Shown: positions 27,823 to 38,751, numbered from the stretch's first letter. The stretch: DNA of 64,000 nucleotides from an uncultured Rubripirellula sp. (GCA_938085445.1 CALKGR010000001.1:64001-128000), one strand, 5' to 3'. The notes: a model not told the origin generated them from the letters alone. Numbers and translations: made by a program.

Positions 27823-29325
27823 GTGAACATCGTTTATCTCACAACCGAAGCCGTACCGTTCGCAAAAACGGGGGGATTGGCAGACGTATGCGGCACTCTT
27901 CCCTCGCGTGTTGCCGAACTGGGGCATCGCACAGCCATTATCATGCCAGCTTTTCGTAGCGTCCACCAAAGTCATGCGGGCGTTGAACCTACAGACATCA
28001 GTTTCGCCATCCCAATGAGTCCCCGAAAACTTGTGGGATGCCGACTGCTGCGAGGGAAACTGCCCAGTGCACAGGATGTTCCGGTCTGGTTCATCGATCA
28101 ACCTCAATATTTTGACCGCGAATCGCTCTATGGAACCGCCACAGGTGACTATCCGGATAACGCCGAAAGGTTTTCATTTTTCTGCCGAGCCGCCATCCAA
28201 GCTATCCAAAGGATTGGCTGGAACTTTGATATCGTGCATTGCAATGATTGGCAAACTGGACCGGTACCATCAATGTTGGCTGCGGACCAACATCTTTCGC
28301 CCGCATTGAAGAATCACGCAACGGTGATGACGATTCACAACTTGGCGTACCAAGGCAACTTTCCCAAATCAGAATTTGAATGGACCGGACTTGATTGGCA
28401 ACATTTTAATCATGACGAATTTGAGTTTTATGACCGCGTCAATTTCCTGAAGGCCGGAATTGTGGCCGCTGACACCATTACAACTGTCAGCCCCAGATAC
28501 TCCGAGGAGATTCGGACCAAAGAGCACGGTTGTGGATTGGAAGCAGTACTTGAAAACGTTTCTGGTCGCATTTCGGGGATTACCAATGGCATTGACCAGA
28601 GTATCTGGAATCCAAAAACAGATACCAAGCTGGTTGCCAACTACGACGTGAAGTCCTGGCAGCAAGGAAAACTAGCGAACAAGCGAGCCTTGCAGCAACA
28701 ATTCGCTCTTGAACAGAGCGATGAAGTACCAATGATTGGTTTGGTTGGTCGCTTGGCAGAGCAAAAAGGTTGGGATCTGATCCTGCCGGTCCTCCGTTGG
28801 CATCTTGACGGGAATCGTCCGACGCAGTGGATCGTACTGGGAAGTGGCGATGCTCGATTCGAGCATGAACTGCGGGCTTTGCAAGAGAAACACCCGGATC
28901 GTTTCGCGTTGCATGTGGGATTCAGTGATATGCTGGCGCATAGGATCGAGGCCGGTTCAGATATTTTCGTAATGCCAAGCCACTACGAACCGTGCGGACT
29001 AAACCAACTTTACAGCATCCGCTATGGAACCATTCCAGTCGTTACGCCAACAGGCGGTCTGGCAGATACCGTCATTGACTGCAATGAGAATTCAGTTGCG
29101 AATAAAAAAGCAACAGGCTTTCACCTGCACAGCATTTCACCTCAAGGGCTTGATGATGCGATCGGGCGGGCGTTGCATCTCCGCTACCATCATCCAGTGC
29201 AATGGGCAAATTTAGTTGAAACTGGCATGGCACAGGATTGGTCATGGAAGAAAAGTGCGAGGGAATACGAATCGCTCTATGCAAAAACGTTAGCCCTTAA
29301 GTCTGCTGCAAAGTGGACTGAGTGA
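27823..29325 (+). CDS. glgA: Glycogen synthase
   Basis: EAVPFAKTGGLADV, HCNDWQTG, TIHNLAYQG, GRLAEQKG, MPSHYEPCGLNQ, TGGLADTV. Confidence 0.95.
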   Translation: MNIVYLTTEAVPFAKTGGLADVCGTLPSRVAELGHRTAIIMPAFRSVHQSHAGVEPTDISFAIPMSPRKLVGCRLLRGKLPSAQDVPVWFIDQPQYFDRESLYGTATGDYPDNAERFSFFCRAAIQAIQRIGWNFDIVHCNDWQTGPVPSMLAADQHLSPALKNHATVMTIHNLAYQGNFPKSEFEWTGLDWQHFNHDEFEFYDRVNFLKAGIVAADTITTVSPRYSEEIRTKEHGCGLEAVLENVSGRISGITNGIDQSIWNPKTDTKLVANYDVKSWQQGKLANKRALQQQFALEQSDEVPMIGLVGRLAEQKGWDLILPVLRWHLDGNRPTQWIVLGSGDARFEHELRALQEKHPDRFALHVGFSDMLAHRIEAGSDIFVMPSHYEPCGLNQLYSIRYGTIPVVTPTGGLADTVIDCNENSVANKKATGFHLHSISPQGLDDAIGRALHLRYHHPVQWANLVETGMAQDWSWKKSAREYESLYAKTLALKSAAKWTE

Positions 29326-29460
29326 CTCTAGCAGTAAAAAGCTCTGCAATTCTCCATTCTCGCTGCGAGGATTTGAACAAATGGGGTACGATTTTGTCTC
29401 AGAATTAAGAGATGTACATTTGAGCGACAAGGCAATTTGCTCAGCACTGCGGAGTGCCCC

Positions 29461-30660
29461 ATGGTCGAGGCATCAAAGCCGAACACACTATCAACTTCGT
29501 CCAGCCCTCCCTCACAAGGGACTGGAGAATCACGCTTTGACCCCGTCACGGGCAACTGGACTCTTTTTGCTCCTTACCGCGCAGAGCGTCCCGAGGAGTT
29601 TGTAGAATCCCGCCAACGGATACGTAAACAGATCGCATGCCCGTTTTGCCCGGGGAACGAGAGCACAACCCCACCCGCTGTCTGGATCGGCCATCCGGAA
29701 AATCACGAACCAGTAAACGCAGAGCGACAGCCAACAACTGAACTGCCACGGCAAGAATCTGCGGTAGAAGGTGACTGGGCAGTTCGTGTTGTGCCCAATA
29801 AATTCCCAGCAGTAACAGCGGTTAACAGCGTCCGGGAAAAAGACAGCACTTCCTACACGCATCCACAGCGCTTGTCAGGAAACTGTTCTACCTCTACGAC
29901 AGATTCGACACTTTTTCAAAGACGACCAATTGCGGGTGGCCACGAAGTCTTCATCGAATCGCGTAACCATGTCCAATCAATCACTGAACTGGATGTTGCT
30001 GAGGCCGCGCTTGTTTTCAAAGCATATCGCGACCGTCTTCTGCATTGGCGTGATGTACCTGAAATTGCCTACATCAGCACTTTTAAGAATGTAGGAAGCA
30101 AAGCTGGAGCATCTCTGAGTCACACACACAGCCAACTAATCGCTACGGATCGAATCCCACCCATGGTGGCGACCGTGGCAGAACGCATGTCAAATCATCG
30201 TCTCACAATGGGAAGCTGTCTGCACTGTGACCTTGTACGTGCTGAATTGAAGGCAAAGAAAAGAATCATCTGGCGAGATAAATCGCTGATCGCGTTTTGT
30301 CCTTTTTCCAGTCATCTGCCATTCCTTGTACGAATCACGACGTTGGCACATCAGCCCTGCTACGAGGACCTCACAGAATCCAACATCGAATCAATTTCAC
30401 GTCTGGTGAGACGCGTTGTTGCATGGATTGAAAAGTTGTTTCCGGGCACGGCCTACAACTTCTGCCTTCATACACGCCCACCGGGCTGCAACGATCCTTC
30501 AGATGCCTACCACTGGACTATCGAGATTTTCCCGCGGATGACACAAGTCGCCGGTTTTGAATTCAGCAGTCATTGCATGATCAACCCTGTACTACCTGAG
30601 GATGCGGCAACCCAGCTTCGAAGTCGTGCATTAGCAGAAGATCCACGACTCATACTCTGA
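29461..30660 (+). CDS. galT: GalT-family nucleotidyltransferase (galactose-1-phosphate uridylyltransferase-like)
   Basis: RFDPVTGNW, RAERP, CPFCPGNE, VVPNKFPA, GGHEVFIES, AGASLSHTHSQ (HxHxQ), AGFE. Confidence 0.8.
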   Translation: MVEASKPNTLSTSSSPPSQGTGESRFDPVTGNWTLFAPYRAERPEEFVESRQRIRKQIACPFCPGNESTTPPAVWIGHPENHEPVNAERQPTTELPRQESAVEGDWAVRVVPNKFPAVTAVNSVREKDSTSYTHPQRLSGNCSTSTTDSTLFQRRPIAGGHEVFIESRNHVQSITELDVAEAALVFKAYRDRLLHWRDVPEIAYISTFKNVGSKAGASLSHTHSQLIATDRIPPMVATVAERMSNHRLTMGSCLHCDLVRAELKAKKRIIWRDKSLIAFCPFSSHLPFLVRITTLAHQPCYEDLTESNIESISRLVRRVVAWIEKLFPGTAYNFCLHTRPPGCNDPSDAYHWTIEIFPRMTQVAGFEFSSHCMINPVLPEDAATQLRSRALAEDPRLIL

Positions 30661-31041
30661 ACAACCACACGAACCCTGACGGGTGATGCAACTGGTGAAA
30701 CACCTGTGGGAATTGATTTTCAGGTAATTGGTTCAGTGAAAACACTCATTAGCCAAACCTTGTGCTTTGTGATCAGGCTGCAGCCCTTGCCTTCCCACTC
30801 CGATAGACCCTACAAATCCAATGAACTTCCAATGAACTTGGGTGCCCATTGGAACTGATACGTAAATTATGGAAACGCGTTCAACTGCGCAAACGAGGCC
30901 AATAATAGGAGTCATGTCTGGTTTCATTGACCAAGTTTGCAAGGTGCCCAGACATAAACTTGAAAATCATATTTGGCGATGAATCTCTGACTTATACAAT
31001 CATCGCTTGTCGACCAGACGACTCAAACTGATATTAATAAA

Positions 31042-33207
31042 ATGACGCTGCACGCATCTCTATGTCTCGTTCTGCACAACCATCAGCCAATCGGAAATTT
31101 TGATGGGGTATTTGAGCAGGCTTACCAAGACAGCTACTTGCCATTTTTGGATGTGTTTGAACCGTACGACCAATTGCGGATTTCACTGCACACATCTGGC
31201 CCATTGATGATGTGGCTCGCTGAGCGACATCCGGAGTATCTGGATCGCGTTCGGATGCTGGTTGACGTGGGTCGGATCGAAATCATTGGCGGCCCTCAGT
31301 ATGAGCCAATTCTTACCATGCTGCCGTCGCGGGACAGGGTTGGTCAGATTCAGGCGTATAGTGCTTGGCTCGAACGCAATCTGGGCGCCGCTCCCTCTGG
31401 AATGTGGATGCCAGAACGGGTTTGGGAATCATCGCTCGCGAGCGATCTTGTTGATGCGGGTATCAGCTACACAGTCCTGGACGACTTTCATTTCCGGGCA
31501 GCTGGACTCGAGGATTCAAGCCTGTCCAGCTACTACCTGACCGAAGACGATGGTCGCGTTCTCAGAATTTTCCCTGGCTCGGAGCATCTCCGGTATACCA
31601 TTCCTTTTCAACCGGCCAGCGAGACGATTGATTACTGCCGCGAGGTCGCGGAAAAATCACCAGGAGCCATCCTGACGTTTGGTGACGATGGTGAAAAATT
31701 TGGCACTTGGCCCGATACCAAGACGCATGTTTATGACGACGGATGGCTACGTTCATTCTTCGACGCTCTCACCGACAATGCAGATTGGCTCCAAACGGCG
31801 ACTCTTGGTCAGGCTGTTGAACAGACCGCAGCAGCAGGAAAAATCTACTTACCGGACTGCAGCTACCGTGAAATGACTGAGTGGGCATTGCCAATCAGAG
31901 CGCAGACGCAATTCGAAGATGTGGTGCATGCCTTGGAAGACCACCAAAGGTGGAAAGATCTGAAATCATTCGTTCGAGGTGGCTATTGGCGGAATTTCAA
32001 GACCAAGTATGACGAAACCAACGAGATGTATGCTCGCATGATGAATGTCAGCAAACGACTTTGTGAAGCGGAGGAAGCGGGCGCAGATGCCGGCGAACTT
32101 TCCGTAATCAGAGATCATCTGTATCGCGGGCAATGCAATTGCCCGTACTGGCATGGTGCCTTTGGAGGTATTTATCTGCCACATTTGCGCAATGCGATTT
32201 TCAAACACTTGATCCAAGCTGATACGCAGCTCGATCAAGTCATGAACTCGGAACTGGCAGCCGTTCAAGCAACCGCCGAGGACTACAACTTTGACGGTCT
32301 GCAGGAAATTCGACTTAGCAACAACCAACTATGTGCATGGTTAGCGCCAGCACATGGAGGTCGATTGTACGAACTTGATATCCGCACAATCGGACATAAC
32401 CTGTTGGCCACACTGCAACGGCGGCCCGAGAATTATCACCAAAAAGTTCTTAATGGACCGAGCAACAGCGATGAAGATGTTGCCAGCATTCATGATCGGG
32501 TGGTGTTCAAACAAGAAGATCTTGATCAGCGACTGCACTATGACGCGTATCCCAGAAAAAGCTTGATGGACCATTTTTATGATGATGAGGCAACACTTGA
32601 TTTGGTTGCCAATGGTCAGGCCATGGAGCGAGGGGATTTTGTTGACCTTCCTTATGAAACCAAGCTTCGCCGTGGATCTGATCGTGTGCAAGTTCAAATG
32701 CGTCGTGACGGAAATGCGTGGGGGATCCCCATCACCATCACTAAAGCTGTCACGATGGCCGCTGAAAGCAATCGTCTGCGACTCACCTATTTGCTTGAGA
32801 ACTTGCCTCCGGAAAAGCCATTGCACTTTGCCATCGAAATGAATTTTGCCGGAATGCCTGCAGGTGCCGACGATCGATATTTCAGCGATATCGAAGGTCA
32901 TAGCCTTGGCCAACTCGGGACCCAACTTGACTTGTCAGAAGTCCATGGGATCAGTCTTTCAGATCGTTGGTTGGGTATAGATGTTGCCTTGGCGATAGAC
33001 CGACCGAGTGGGATTTGGGCATTTCCAGTGGAAACAGTCAGTCAAAGTGAAGCCGGATTCGAACTGGTGCATCAAAGTGTATGCGTCCAACCTCATTGGC
33101 TTGTTAGCGGAGATGCTGAAGGCCGTTGGGCCGTCGAGATCGATATGACGACCGCCTGCGAGGAGCAGATGGAAACAATTTCGGAAAAAGATGTCATCCG
33201 TTTGTAA
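31042..33207 (+). CDS. GH57 alpha-amylase/4-alpha-glucanotransferase
   Basis: HNHQP, YEPIL, WMPERVW (nucleophile Glu), DDGEKFG (acid/base Asp), YWHGAFGGIYLPHLR. Confidence 0.92.
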   Translation: MTLHASLCLVLHNHQPIGNFDGVFEQAYQDSYLPFLDVFEPYDQLRISLHTSGPLMMWLAERHPEYLDRVRMLVDVGRIEIIGGPQYEPILTMLPSRDRVGQIQAYSAWLERNLGAAPSGMWMPERVWESSLASDLVDAGISYTVLDDFHFRAAGLEDSSLSSYYLTEDDGRVLRIFPGSEHLRYTIPFQPASETIDYCREVAEKSPGAILTFGDDGEKFGTWPDTKTHVYDDGWLRSFFDALTDNADWLQTATLGQAVEQTAAAGKIYLPDCSYREMTEWALPIRAQTQFEDVVHALEDHQRWKDLKSFVRGGYWRNFKTKYDETNEMYARMMNVSKRLCEAEEAGADAGELSVIRDHLYRGQCNCPYWHGAFGGIYLPHLRNAIFKHLIQADTQLDQVMNSELAAVQATAEDYNFDGLQEIRLSNNQLCAWLAPAHGGRLYELDIRTIGHNLLATLQRRPENYHQKVLNGPSNSDEDVASIHDRVVFKQEDLDQRLHYDAYPRKSLMDHFYDDEATLDLVANGQAMERGDFVDLPYETKLRRGSDRVQVQMRRDGNAWGIPITITKAVTMAAESNRLRLTYLLENLPPEKPLHFAIEMNFAGMPAGADDRYFSDIEGHSLGQLGTQLDLSEVHGISLSDRWLGIDVALAIDRPSGIWAFPVETVSQSEAGFELVHQSVCVQPHWLVSGDAEGRWAVEIDMTTACEEQMETISEKDVIRL

Positions 33208-33269
33208 ACACAGACGAGATCTGCCGGTCATGCTTGCACTGTTCCCGTCGGATCGACCTGCCGCCCTGA

Positions 33270-33995
33270 TTAAGACAGACGCTTGGGCACGGGGAACTCA
33301 AGCACAAACTTGGTGCCCCGCCCGACTTCACTTTGGACGCTGATGCGCCCACCATGTGCTTCAATGATTTTTCGGGCTGTCGGCAGGCCCAGTCCAGAGC
33401 CTCCATCTTTGGTGCTGTAAAACGGCTCGAACATGTGCAGCACCGTGTTGTCATCGACACCACTGCCAGTGTCGATAAGATCCAATGCGACGCTTTTACG
33501 GGTGGTGTAGGTTCGCACCATCAGTTGGCCCCCCGACCCCATCGACTCTAACGCATTCTTAACCAGATTCATCAAGGCTGCTTGCAAAGAATCGCTGTGT
33601 AAGAGAATCGCGGGCAAATCTGGGTCAAGGTACTTCTCAACGTCAATTCCATCGGCATCAGCTTGAGCCTGATAGGCTCGCAAAACCATCAAAATCTGGT
33701 CGTTCAGGCTGCCCGGAAGCAAATCGATATCGCGTAGGCGAGTGTATTTGAGGAAATCACGCAAAAGCCCCTCCATACGCTCGCACTGGCCACGGACAAT
33801 GTCGACCCGCTCCAGAGACCGTCGACTGCCTGGTGAATCCAATTCCTCCAAATCCTCACTAAGCAGGTCGATATTCATGTGAATCACAGACAGCGGATTC
33901 TTGATCTCATGTGCAAGCGATCCGGCTAATTCCGCCAATTCCTCATATCGAGCCCGCATGGGATCTACTTCAGGCTCGTTTTCGGCACTGGACAT
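33270..33995 (-). CDS. Cytoplasmic histidine kinase (HisKA plus HATPase_c only)
   Basis: LAHEIKNPL, NLVKNA, DTGSG, FEPFYSTK, GSGLGL, GTKF. Confidence 0.92.
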   Translation of the reverse strand: MSSAENEPEVDPMRARYEELAELAGSLAHEIKNPLSVIHMNIDLLSEDLEELDSPGSRRSLERVDIVRGQCERMEGLLRDFLKYTRLRDIDLLPGSLNDQILMVLRAYQAQADADGIDVEKYLDPDLPAILLHSDSLQAALMNLVKNALESMGSGGQLMVRTYTTRKSVALDLIDTGSGVDDNTVLHMFEPFYSTKDGGSGLGLPTARKIIEAHGGRISVQSEVGRGTKFVLEFPVPKRLS

Positions 33996-34484
33996 TTGGA
34001 CTCGATGACAATGAATACTGAAGGACAGCCACCAATTGTAGCGACCACAGTGCCGAGGGAAATGATGTTCGTCGTCTGCTACTACGAAGATTTTCCCAGA
34101 TCTGCTCCACCCTGAATAACCGCGTTGAATACTTCACCCACGGAAACGCGAATCACTGCATTACAAGCTGAGCATCCGAATCTGAACCAGTAATTCAGTA
34201 AAGACGCCCCTCCAATTTCGGTAACTCAATCACAAATTGACCCTCATTCTCCGCATTCGACTTACTTCGATCCAGCACCCACATATCTCGCCCTCTGGCA
34301 GAGCGCCCCTTGAAGTTTCTCGGCCAATCCTCTAGCCACCGTGGAATTGACCTCGCGCAGCGTGGGAAGGCATTTTTGCATGGTCACAGGTTTTTGCAGC
34401 ATTACGCCACCTTGCCGAGCCACATCGTTCAACCGTAATCTGGAATACTCTGCTTATTTCCTTCATCTCCCCTGCCAGACCAAC

Positions 34485-35747
34485 ATGTCCACCGCAAGCA
34501 AAGATAATTCTACGACTGCCGATCCTTATTTTCAGTCTCTTTTTGCCGACCGAATCGGCGGTGCAAATTACGGCAAAGACACCGAAATCTACAAGTTCGA
34601 AAAAATTAAACGCGCCAAGCGTAAAGCACTGACCGACCATCCGGATCGTGTGCTGCTGGACTTTGGCATTGGTGAAAATGATGCTATGGCAGACAAATCC
34701 ATTCGGGATTTGATGGCACAGGAAGTCAATCAGCCAGAAAATCGCGGCTACGCTGACAACGGTGTTGCAGAATTCAAACAGGCAGCGGCACGTTTCATGA
34801 AACGCCGCTTCGGTGTGCAGCTTGATGCAGACACCCAAATCAACCACTGCATCGGAAGCAAGCCAGCCTATGCGATGCTTCCTGCATGCTTCATCAACCC
34901 AGGTGACATGACGCTCATCACGGTGCCCGGTTACCCCGTCGCGGCCACTCACACCCGTTATTATGGTGGCGAAGTCTTTAATCTGCCGCTACAAGCTGAA
35001 AATAACTTCATGCCAGACTTGGATGCTGTGCCCGACGACATCTATCGAAGAGCAAAAATTCTGGTCCTCAATTATCCAAACTCACCTACCGGAAAAACGG
35101 CAACAGCGGACTTTTATGCCAAGGTTGTTGCTCTCGCTAAAGAAAAGCAGTTTGTCGTGGTGCAAGATGCGGCTCACATCATGCTGACGTTCGATGGGGA
35201 ACCACTTAGCTTCCTTCAAACGCCGGGTGCCATCGATGTTGGGGTCGAAGTTCACTCAATGAGCAAGGGCTATGACATGATCGGTTGGAGGATGGGCTTT
35301 GTTTGTGGTCATCCCAAAATCGTTTCTGCATTTGCGGATGTCAAAGACAATAGTGATAGCGGGCAATTTATTGCGACCCAGAAAGCAGCCGCAGCAGCTT
35401 TGGACGATGATTCGATACCTGATCAGGTTAATAAAAAGTATCGTCGCAGACTCGAAAAACTCGTAAATACGCTCAATGAATGTGGTTTCGAATGCGAAGT
35501 ACCTGGTGGTACCTACTTCTTATATGCTAAATCACCTGTGGGAAGTCAGGCCGGAAAATCGTTCGCTGCTGCAGAAGATGCAACGCGGTACCTGATAGAA
35601 GAATTCGGTATCGTAACCGTTCCGTGGGACAATGCAGGTGCATTCCTGCGTTTTAGTGTCACCTATGTCGCACCCACGGAAGCCGATGAAGATGCCCTTA
35701 TGGAAGAGACGAAACGTCGCCTCGGAGATGCCGGCTTGACTTGGTAG
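34485..35747 (+). CDS. dapL: LL-diaminopimelate aminotransferase (PLP class I/II)
   Basis: YKFEKIKRAK, DFGIGE, NYPNSPTG, QDAAH, HSMSKGYDMIGWRMGF. Confidence 0.85.
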   Translation: MSTASKDNSTTADPYFQSLFADRIGGANYGKDTEIYKFEKIKRAKRKALTDHPDRVLLDFGIGENDAMADKSIRDLMAQEVNQPENRGYADNGVAEFKQAAARFMKRRFGVQLDADTQINHCIGSKPAYAMLPACFINPGDMTLITVPGYPVAATHTRYYGGEVFNLPLQAENNFMPDLDAVPDDIYRRAKILVLNYPNSPTGKTATADFYAKVVALAKEKQFVVVQDAAHIMLTFDGEPLSFLQTPGAIDVGVEVHSMSKGYDMIGWRMGFVCGHPKIVSAFADVKDNSDSGQFIATQKAAAAALDDDSIPDQVNKKYRRRLEKLVNTLNECGFECEVPGGTYFLYAKSPVGSQAGKSFAAAEDATRYLIEEFGIVTVPWDNAGAFLRFSVTYVAPTEADEDALMEETKRRLGDAGLTW

Positions 35748-35892
35748 CACCAGTGCAATGTGATGAGTCGTGTGATGTGATTACGCCACACGATTTGTGG
35801 CTGCACTGCTGCAAACTGATGTTTCTATCTCTGCTTGTCGAGCCGCTTGTCGAGCCAAAGAGAGGATCTGAATAGTGAAGCAGAAGCCCAAA

Positions 35893-35927
35893 TAAAAAAG
35901 CCGCTCGTAAGTCTACGAGCGGCTTTT
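35893..35927. terminator. Bidirectional intrinsic terminator between convergent dapL and rpsT
   Basis: AAAAGCCGCTCGTA-agtc-TACGAGCGGCTTTT perfect inverted repeat with A and T tracts. Confidence 0.88.
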
Positions 35928-35955
35928 AAAATTTGATGAGCTTGGAAGCAGTGTG

Positions 35956-36219
35956 CTAGCCGACACTCTTCACCATTGCGACCAGCCGACTCTTGGTTCG
36001 AGCTGCTGCATTGCGATGAATCAGATTCTTACTGGCTGCACGGTCAATTTTCTTTTGTGCAACGATGTACTCTGCCTGTGCCAAGTCACTGTTTCCTGCC
36101 TCCACAGCCTCTCGCACACGGCGAATCTGAGTTCGCATGTTGCTTTTTCCGGCTCGGTTGTGCGTCCGACGCTTGTCGTTCTGGCGAAGTCGTTTCTTGG
36201 CGCTGGCTGTATTAGGCAT
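35956..36219 (-). CDS. rpsT: 30S ribosomal protein S20
   Basis: MPNTASAKKRLRQ...IDRAASKNLIHRNAAARTKSRL. Confidence 0.97.
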   Translation of the reverse strand: MPNTASAKKRLRQNDKRRTHNRAGKSNMRTQIRRVREAVEAGNSDLAQAEYIVAQKKIDRAASKNLIHRNAAARTKSRLVAMVKSVG

Positions 36220-36347
36220 AATTCGGGCGGACGCGGATCAGGCGTCGAAGACAGGGTTGGGGGTATGTCAGGTTTTTCAGGCCGCGTAGTATGGCAATCT
36301 ATCAGTCATCTGTCCAGAGTCGATCTGCAAAGCGCACAATGCTATTT

Positions 36348-37844
36348 ATGAATGGCGCCGTTTACCTAATCGGAGCAGGCCCGGGAGACCCCGGCCTGCT
36401 AACCGTCCGAGCAGCTGAGTTGTTAGCCTTGGCTGACGTGGTCTTATATGACGGACTCAGCAACCCGGAACTGCTGCAGCATGCTCCCCAAGCGGAACAC
36501 ATTTGTGTCGGAAAACACGGAAAAACCCGCATTTGGAAGCAAAGCGAGATCATTCAAGAGATTCTCGGGCATGCAAAAGCTGGCAAAATCGTGGTTCGGC
36601 TCAAAGGTGGTGATCCAGCAATATTCGCTCGCACAGCCGAAGAAGTCGAAGCGGTAAAAGCTGCTGGCCTGCCACTGGAGATCGTCCCAGGCATCACAGC
36701 AGCCTTGGCAGCTGGCTCATTTGCAGGAATTCCCGTCACCCACCGAGGCCTTGCCTCAGCCGTCGCCCTGGTCACAGGCCATGAAGAACCCTCAAAAACC
36801 GAAACGGCTTTAGATTGGGAGGTTTTGGCAAAATTCCCGGGCACTCTAGTAATTTACATGGGAGTCACCACGGCTGAAACTTGGACACAAGCACTCTTGC
36901 GGGCTGGAAAAGCAGCAGATACTCCAGCAGCGTTAATCAGACGCTGCAGCCTTCCCGATCAGCAAATCATTCACTGCCGATTGGACCAAGTCGCTGCTCA
37001 ACTGAGTCCTGCCAGTCGCTTCCGACCACCCGTGATCGTGATTCTCGGCCCAGTAACACAATTGGCAGAAACCATGAACTGGATTCAGGATCGTCCACTG
37101 GCGGGCCGAACAATCCTCGTCACGCGTCCTCAAGGTCAAGCTGAAGCACTGGCCAAACCACTGCGAGATCTAGGCGCTCGAGTACTGCAGCAGCCCGCCA
37201 TCGCAATCGAACCACCAAAGGACTGGGAACCAGTCGATTCGGCCATCGCCAAGTTGAGCGAATATGACCTGTTGATTTTCTGCAGCCATAATGGAGTTCA
37301 GTTTTTTCTCAACCGCCTCAAAAAAGGCGGAGGTGATATGCGAGCGTTAGCAGGGTTGGAGATTGGCTGCATAGGAAAAAAAACAGCTACGGCACTTCAG
37401 AAATTTCATCTCCAGTGTGATTTTATGCCCGACACATTCCACGCTGAAGCGATGACAAATCTGCTTGCCTCACACGCCAATGAAAAACGCATCTTGGTGA
37501 TCCGGGCAAGTCGTGGCAATGATGAGTTTGCCACACAATTGACAGCGATGGGTGGCCATGTAACGCAAGTGATTGCGTATCAACACAGCGACGTTAATGA
37601 GTGCGACGCGAGTATCAAAAAAGCCGTGTCCAATGGGGAAGTTGATTGGGTCACCATCACAAGCAGTGCCACCGCGGAAAGTTTGCACCGTATGTTTTCC
37701 GACTCCATGAACGACATGAAAATTGCCAGCCTCAGTCCCGTTACCTCAAAGAAAATCGGCGAACTTGGCTACCCAATTAATGCAGAAGCGAGTCCCTACA
37801 CCATCGAAGCATTAGTCGAAGCATTAGTGAAAGCAGAACAATGA
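36348..37844 (+). CDS. cobA: Uroporphyrinogen-III C-methyltransferase / uroporphyrinogen-III synthase fusion (CobA-HemD)
   Basis: GAGPGDPGLLT, RLKGGDP, VPGITA; then ILVTRP, FCSHNGV, TITSSAT. Confidence 0.92.
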   Translation: MNGAVYLIGAGPGDPGLLTVRAAELLALADVVLYDGLSNPELLQHAPQAEHICVGKHGKTRIWKQSEIIQEILGHAKAGKIVVRLKGGDPAIFARTAEEVEAVKAAGLPLEIVPGITAALAAGSFAGIPVTHRGLASAVALVTGHEEPSKTETALDWEVLAKFPGTLVIYMGVTTAETWTQALLRAGKAADTPAALIRRCSLPDQQIIHCRLDQVAAQLSPASRFRPPVIVILGPVTQLAETMNWIQDRPLAGRTILVTRPQGQAEALAKPLRDLGARVLQQPAIAIEPPKDWEPVDSAIAKLSEYDLLIFCSHNGVQFFLNRLKKGGGDMRALAGLEIGCIGKKTATALQKFHLQCDFMPDTFHAEAMTNLLASHANEKRILVIRASRGNDEFATQLTAMGGHVTQVIAYQHSDVNECDASIKKAVSNGEVDWVTITSSATAESLHRMFSDSMNDMKIASLSPVTSKKIGELGYPINAEASPYTIEALVEALVKAEQ

Positions 37845-38158
37845 TTCCAAAACGTTATCAACAGATGCATCAGTCGCATCCTGAACTGATGGAGGCATAC
37901 GAATCCTTTGGAAAAGCAGCCAAGGATGCGGGCCCGCTCTCCGCAAGAGAAATCGCACTCGTAAAACTGGCCGTCTCCTTGGGTGCGGGCTTGGAAGGAG
38001 CGTCTCACTCCCACTCCCGCAAAGCGTTGGAAGCAGGATGCCAACCAGAAGACCTAACGCATGTTGCTATCCTCACTGCACCCACCCTTGGCTTTCCTTC
38101 CATGATGCGATCAAAGTCGTGGGTTGAGTCGATCGTTTCTAAAAAGTCCGATCGTTAG
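37841..38158 (+). CDS. Carboxymuconolactone decarboxylase (AhpD-like) family protein
   Basis: GPLSAREIALVKLA, SHSRKALEAG, PTLGFP; ATGA overlap with cobA. Confidence 0.85.
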   Translation: MIPKRYQQMHQSHPELMEAYESFGKAAKDAGPLSAREIALVKLAVSLGAGLEGASHSHSRKALEAGCQPEDLTHVAILTAPTLGFPSMMRSKSWVESIVSKKSDR

Positions 38159-38165
38159 CATCACC

Positions 38166-38738
38166 ATGCATTCTATTCTGGGTGTCGTTTTGTGCGGCGG
38201 AAATTCGACTCGCATGGGACGCGACAAATCGACAATCCACCATCAGAATGGCCTGACATTCCTTGAACACGCCGTCGAAAGGCTAGGTCCCATCTGCGAT
38301 GAGGTCTGCCTTGCCGGCAAATCGAATTCCGTGGCGGATCTAGTCGCATTGCCTGATCCCTTCCCAAATCAAGGCCCTATCTTTGGCGTGCTGCAGGCCC
38401 TCGACTATGCAAATGACCACACGACCGGAAAAACCAAACATCAGGCATGCTTGATCACACCTGTGGATATGCCACATGTCACCACGGATGATCTGCGCAA
38501 ACTAATACTCAGCTGGCAAATCAAAAACAGCCTGACTTATGCGATCAGTGGGCCAAAATGCAAACCGCAACCATTGCTGGGGATCTACCCCGTTCACTTC
38601 TTGGAGGCGCTTACGGTACACGCAAAAACGGACTCCAGCCTGACCCGTTGGATCGAAAAACAGGATGCAACTCAAATCGAATTGGATGAGGCACATTGCC
38701 TAAACATCAATCGCCCCGACGACCTGGCCGAAATCTAA
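38166..38738 (+). CDS. mobA: Molybdenum cofactor guanylyltransferase
   Basis: VLCGGNSTRMGRDK, GPIFG, PVDMP, QPLLGIY, NINRPDD. Confidence 0.88.
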   Translation: MHSILGVVLCGGNSTRMGRDKSTIHHQNGLTFLEHAVERLGPICDEVCLAGKSNSVADLVALPDPFPNQGPIFGVLQALDYANDHTTGKTKHQACLITPVDMPHVTTDDLRKLILSWQIKNSLTYAISGPKCKPQPLLGIYPVHFLEALTVHAKTDSSLTRWIEKQDATQIELDEAHCLNINRPDDLAEI

Positions 38739-38751
38739 AGAGCGGTCTCCT

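Noticed and set aside
34341..34484. Long N-terminal extension of dapL (similar extensions on lpxB, fabF, cobA and DUF1501 in the ORF track)
   Set aside because: Family-typical N-termini begin at downstream ATGs; the extensions are artefacts of longest-ORF calling
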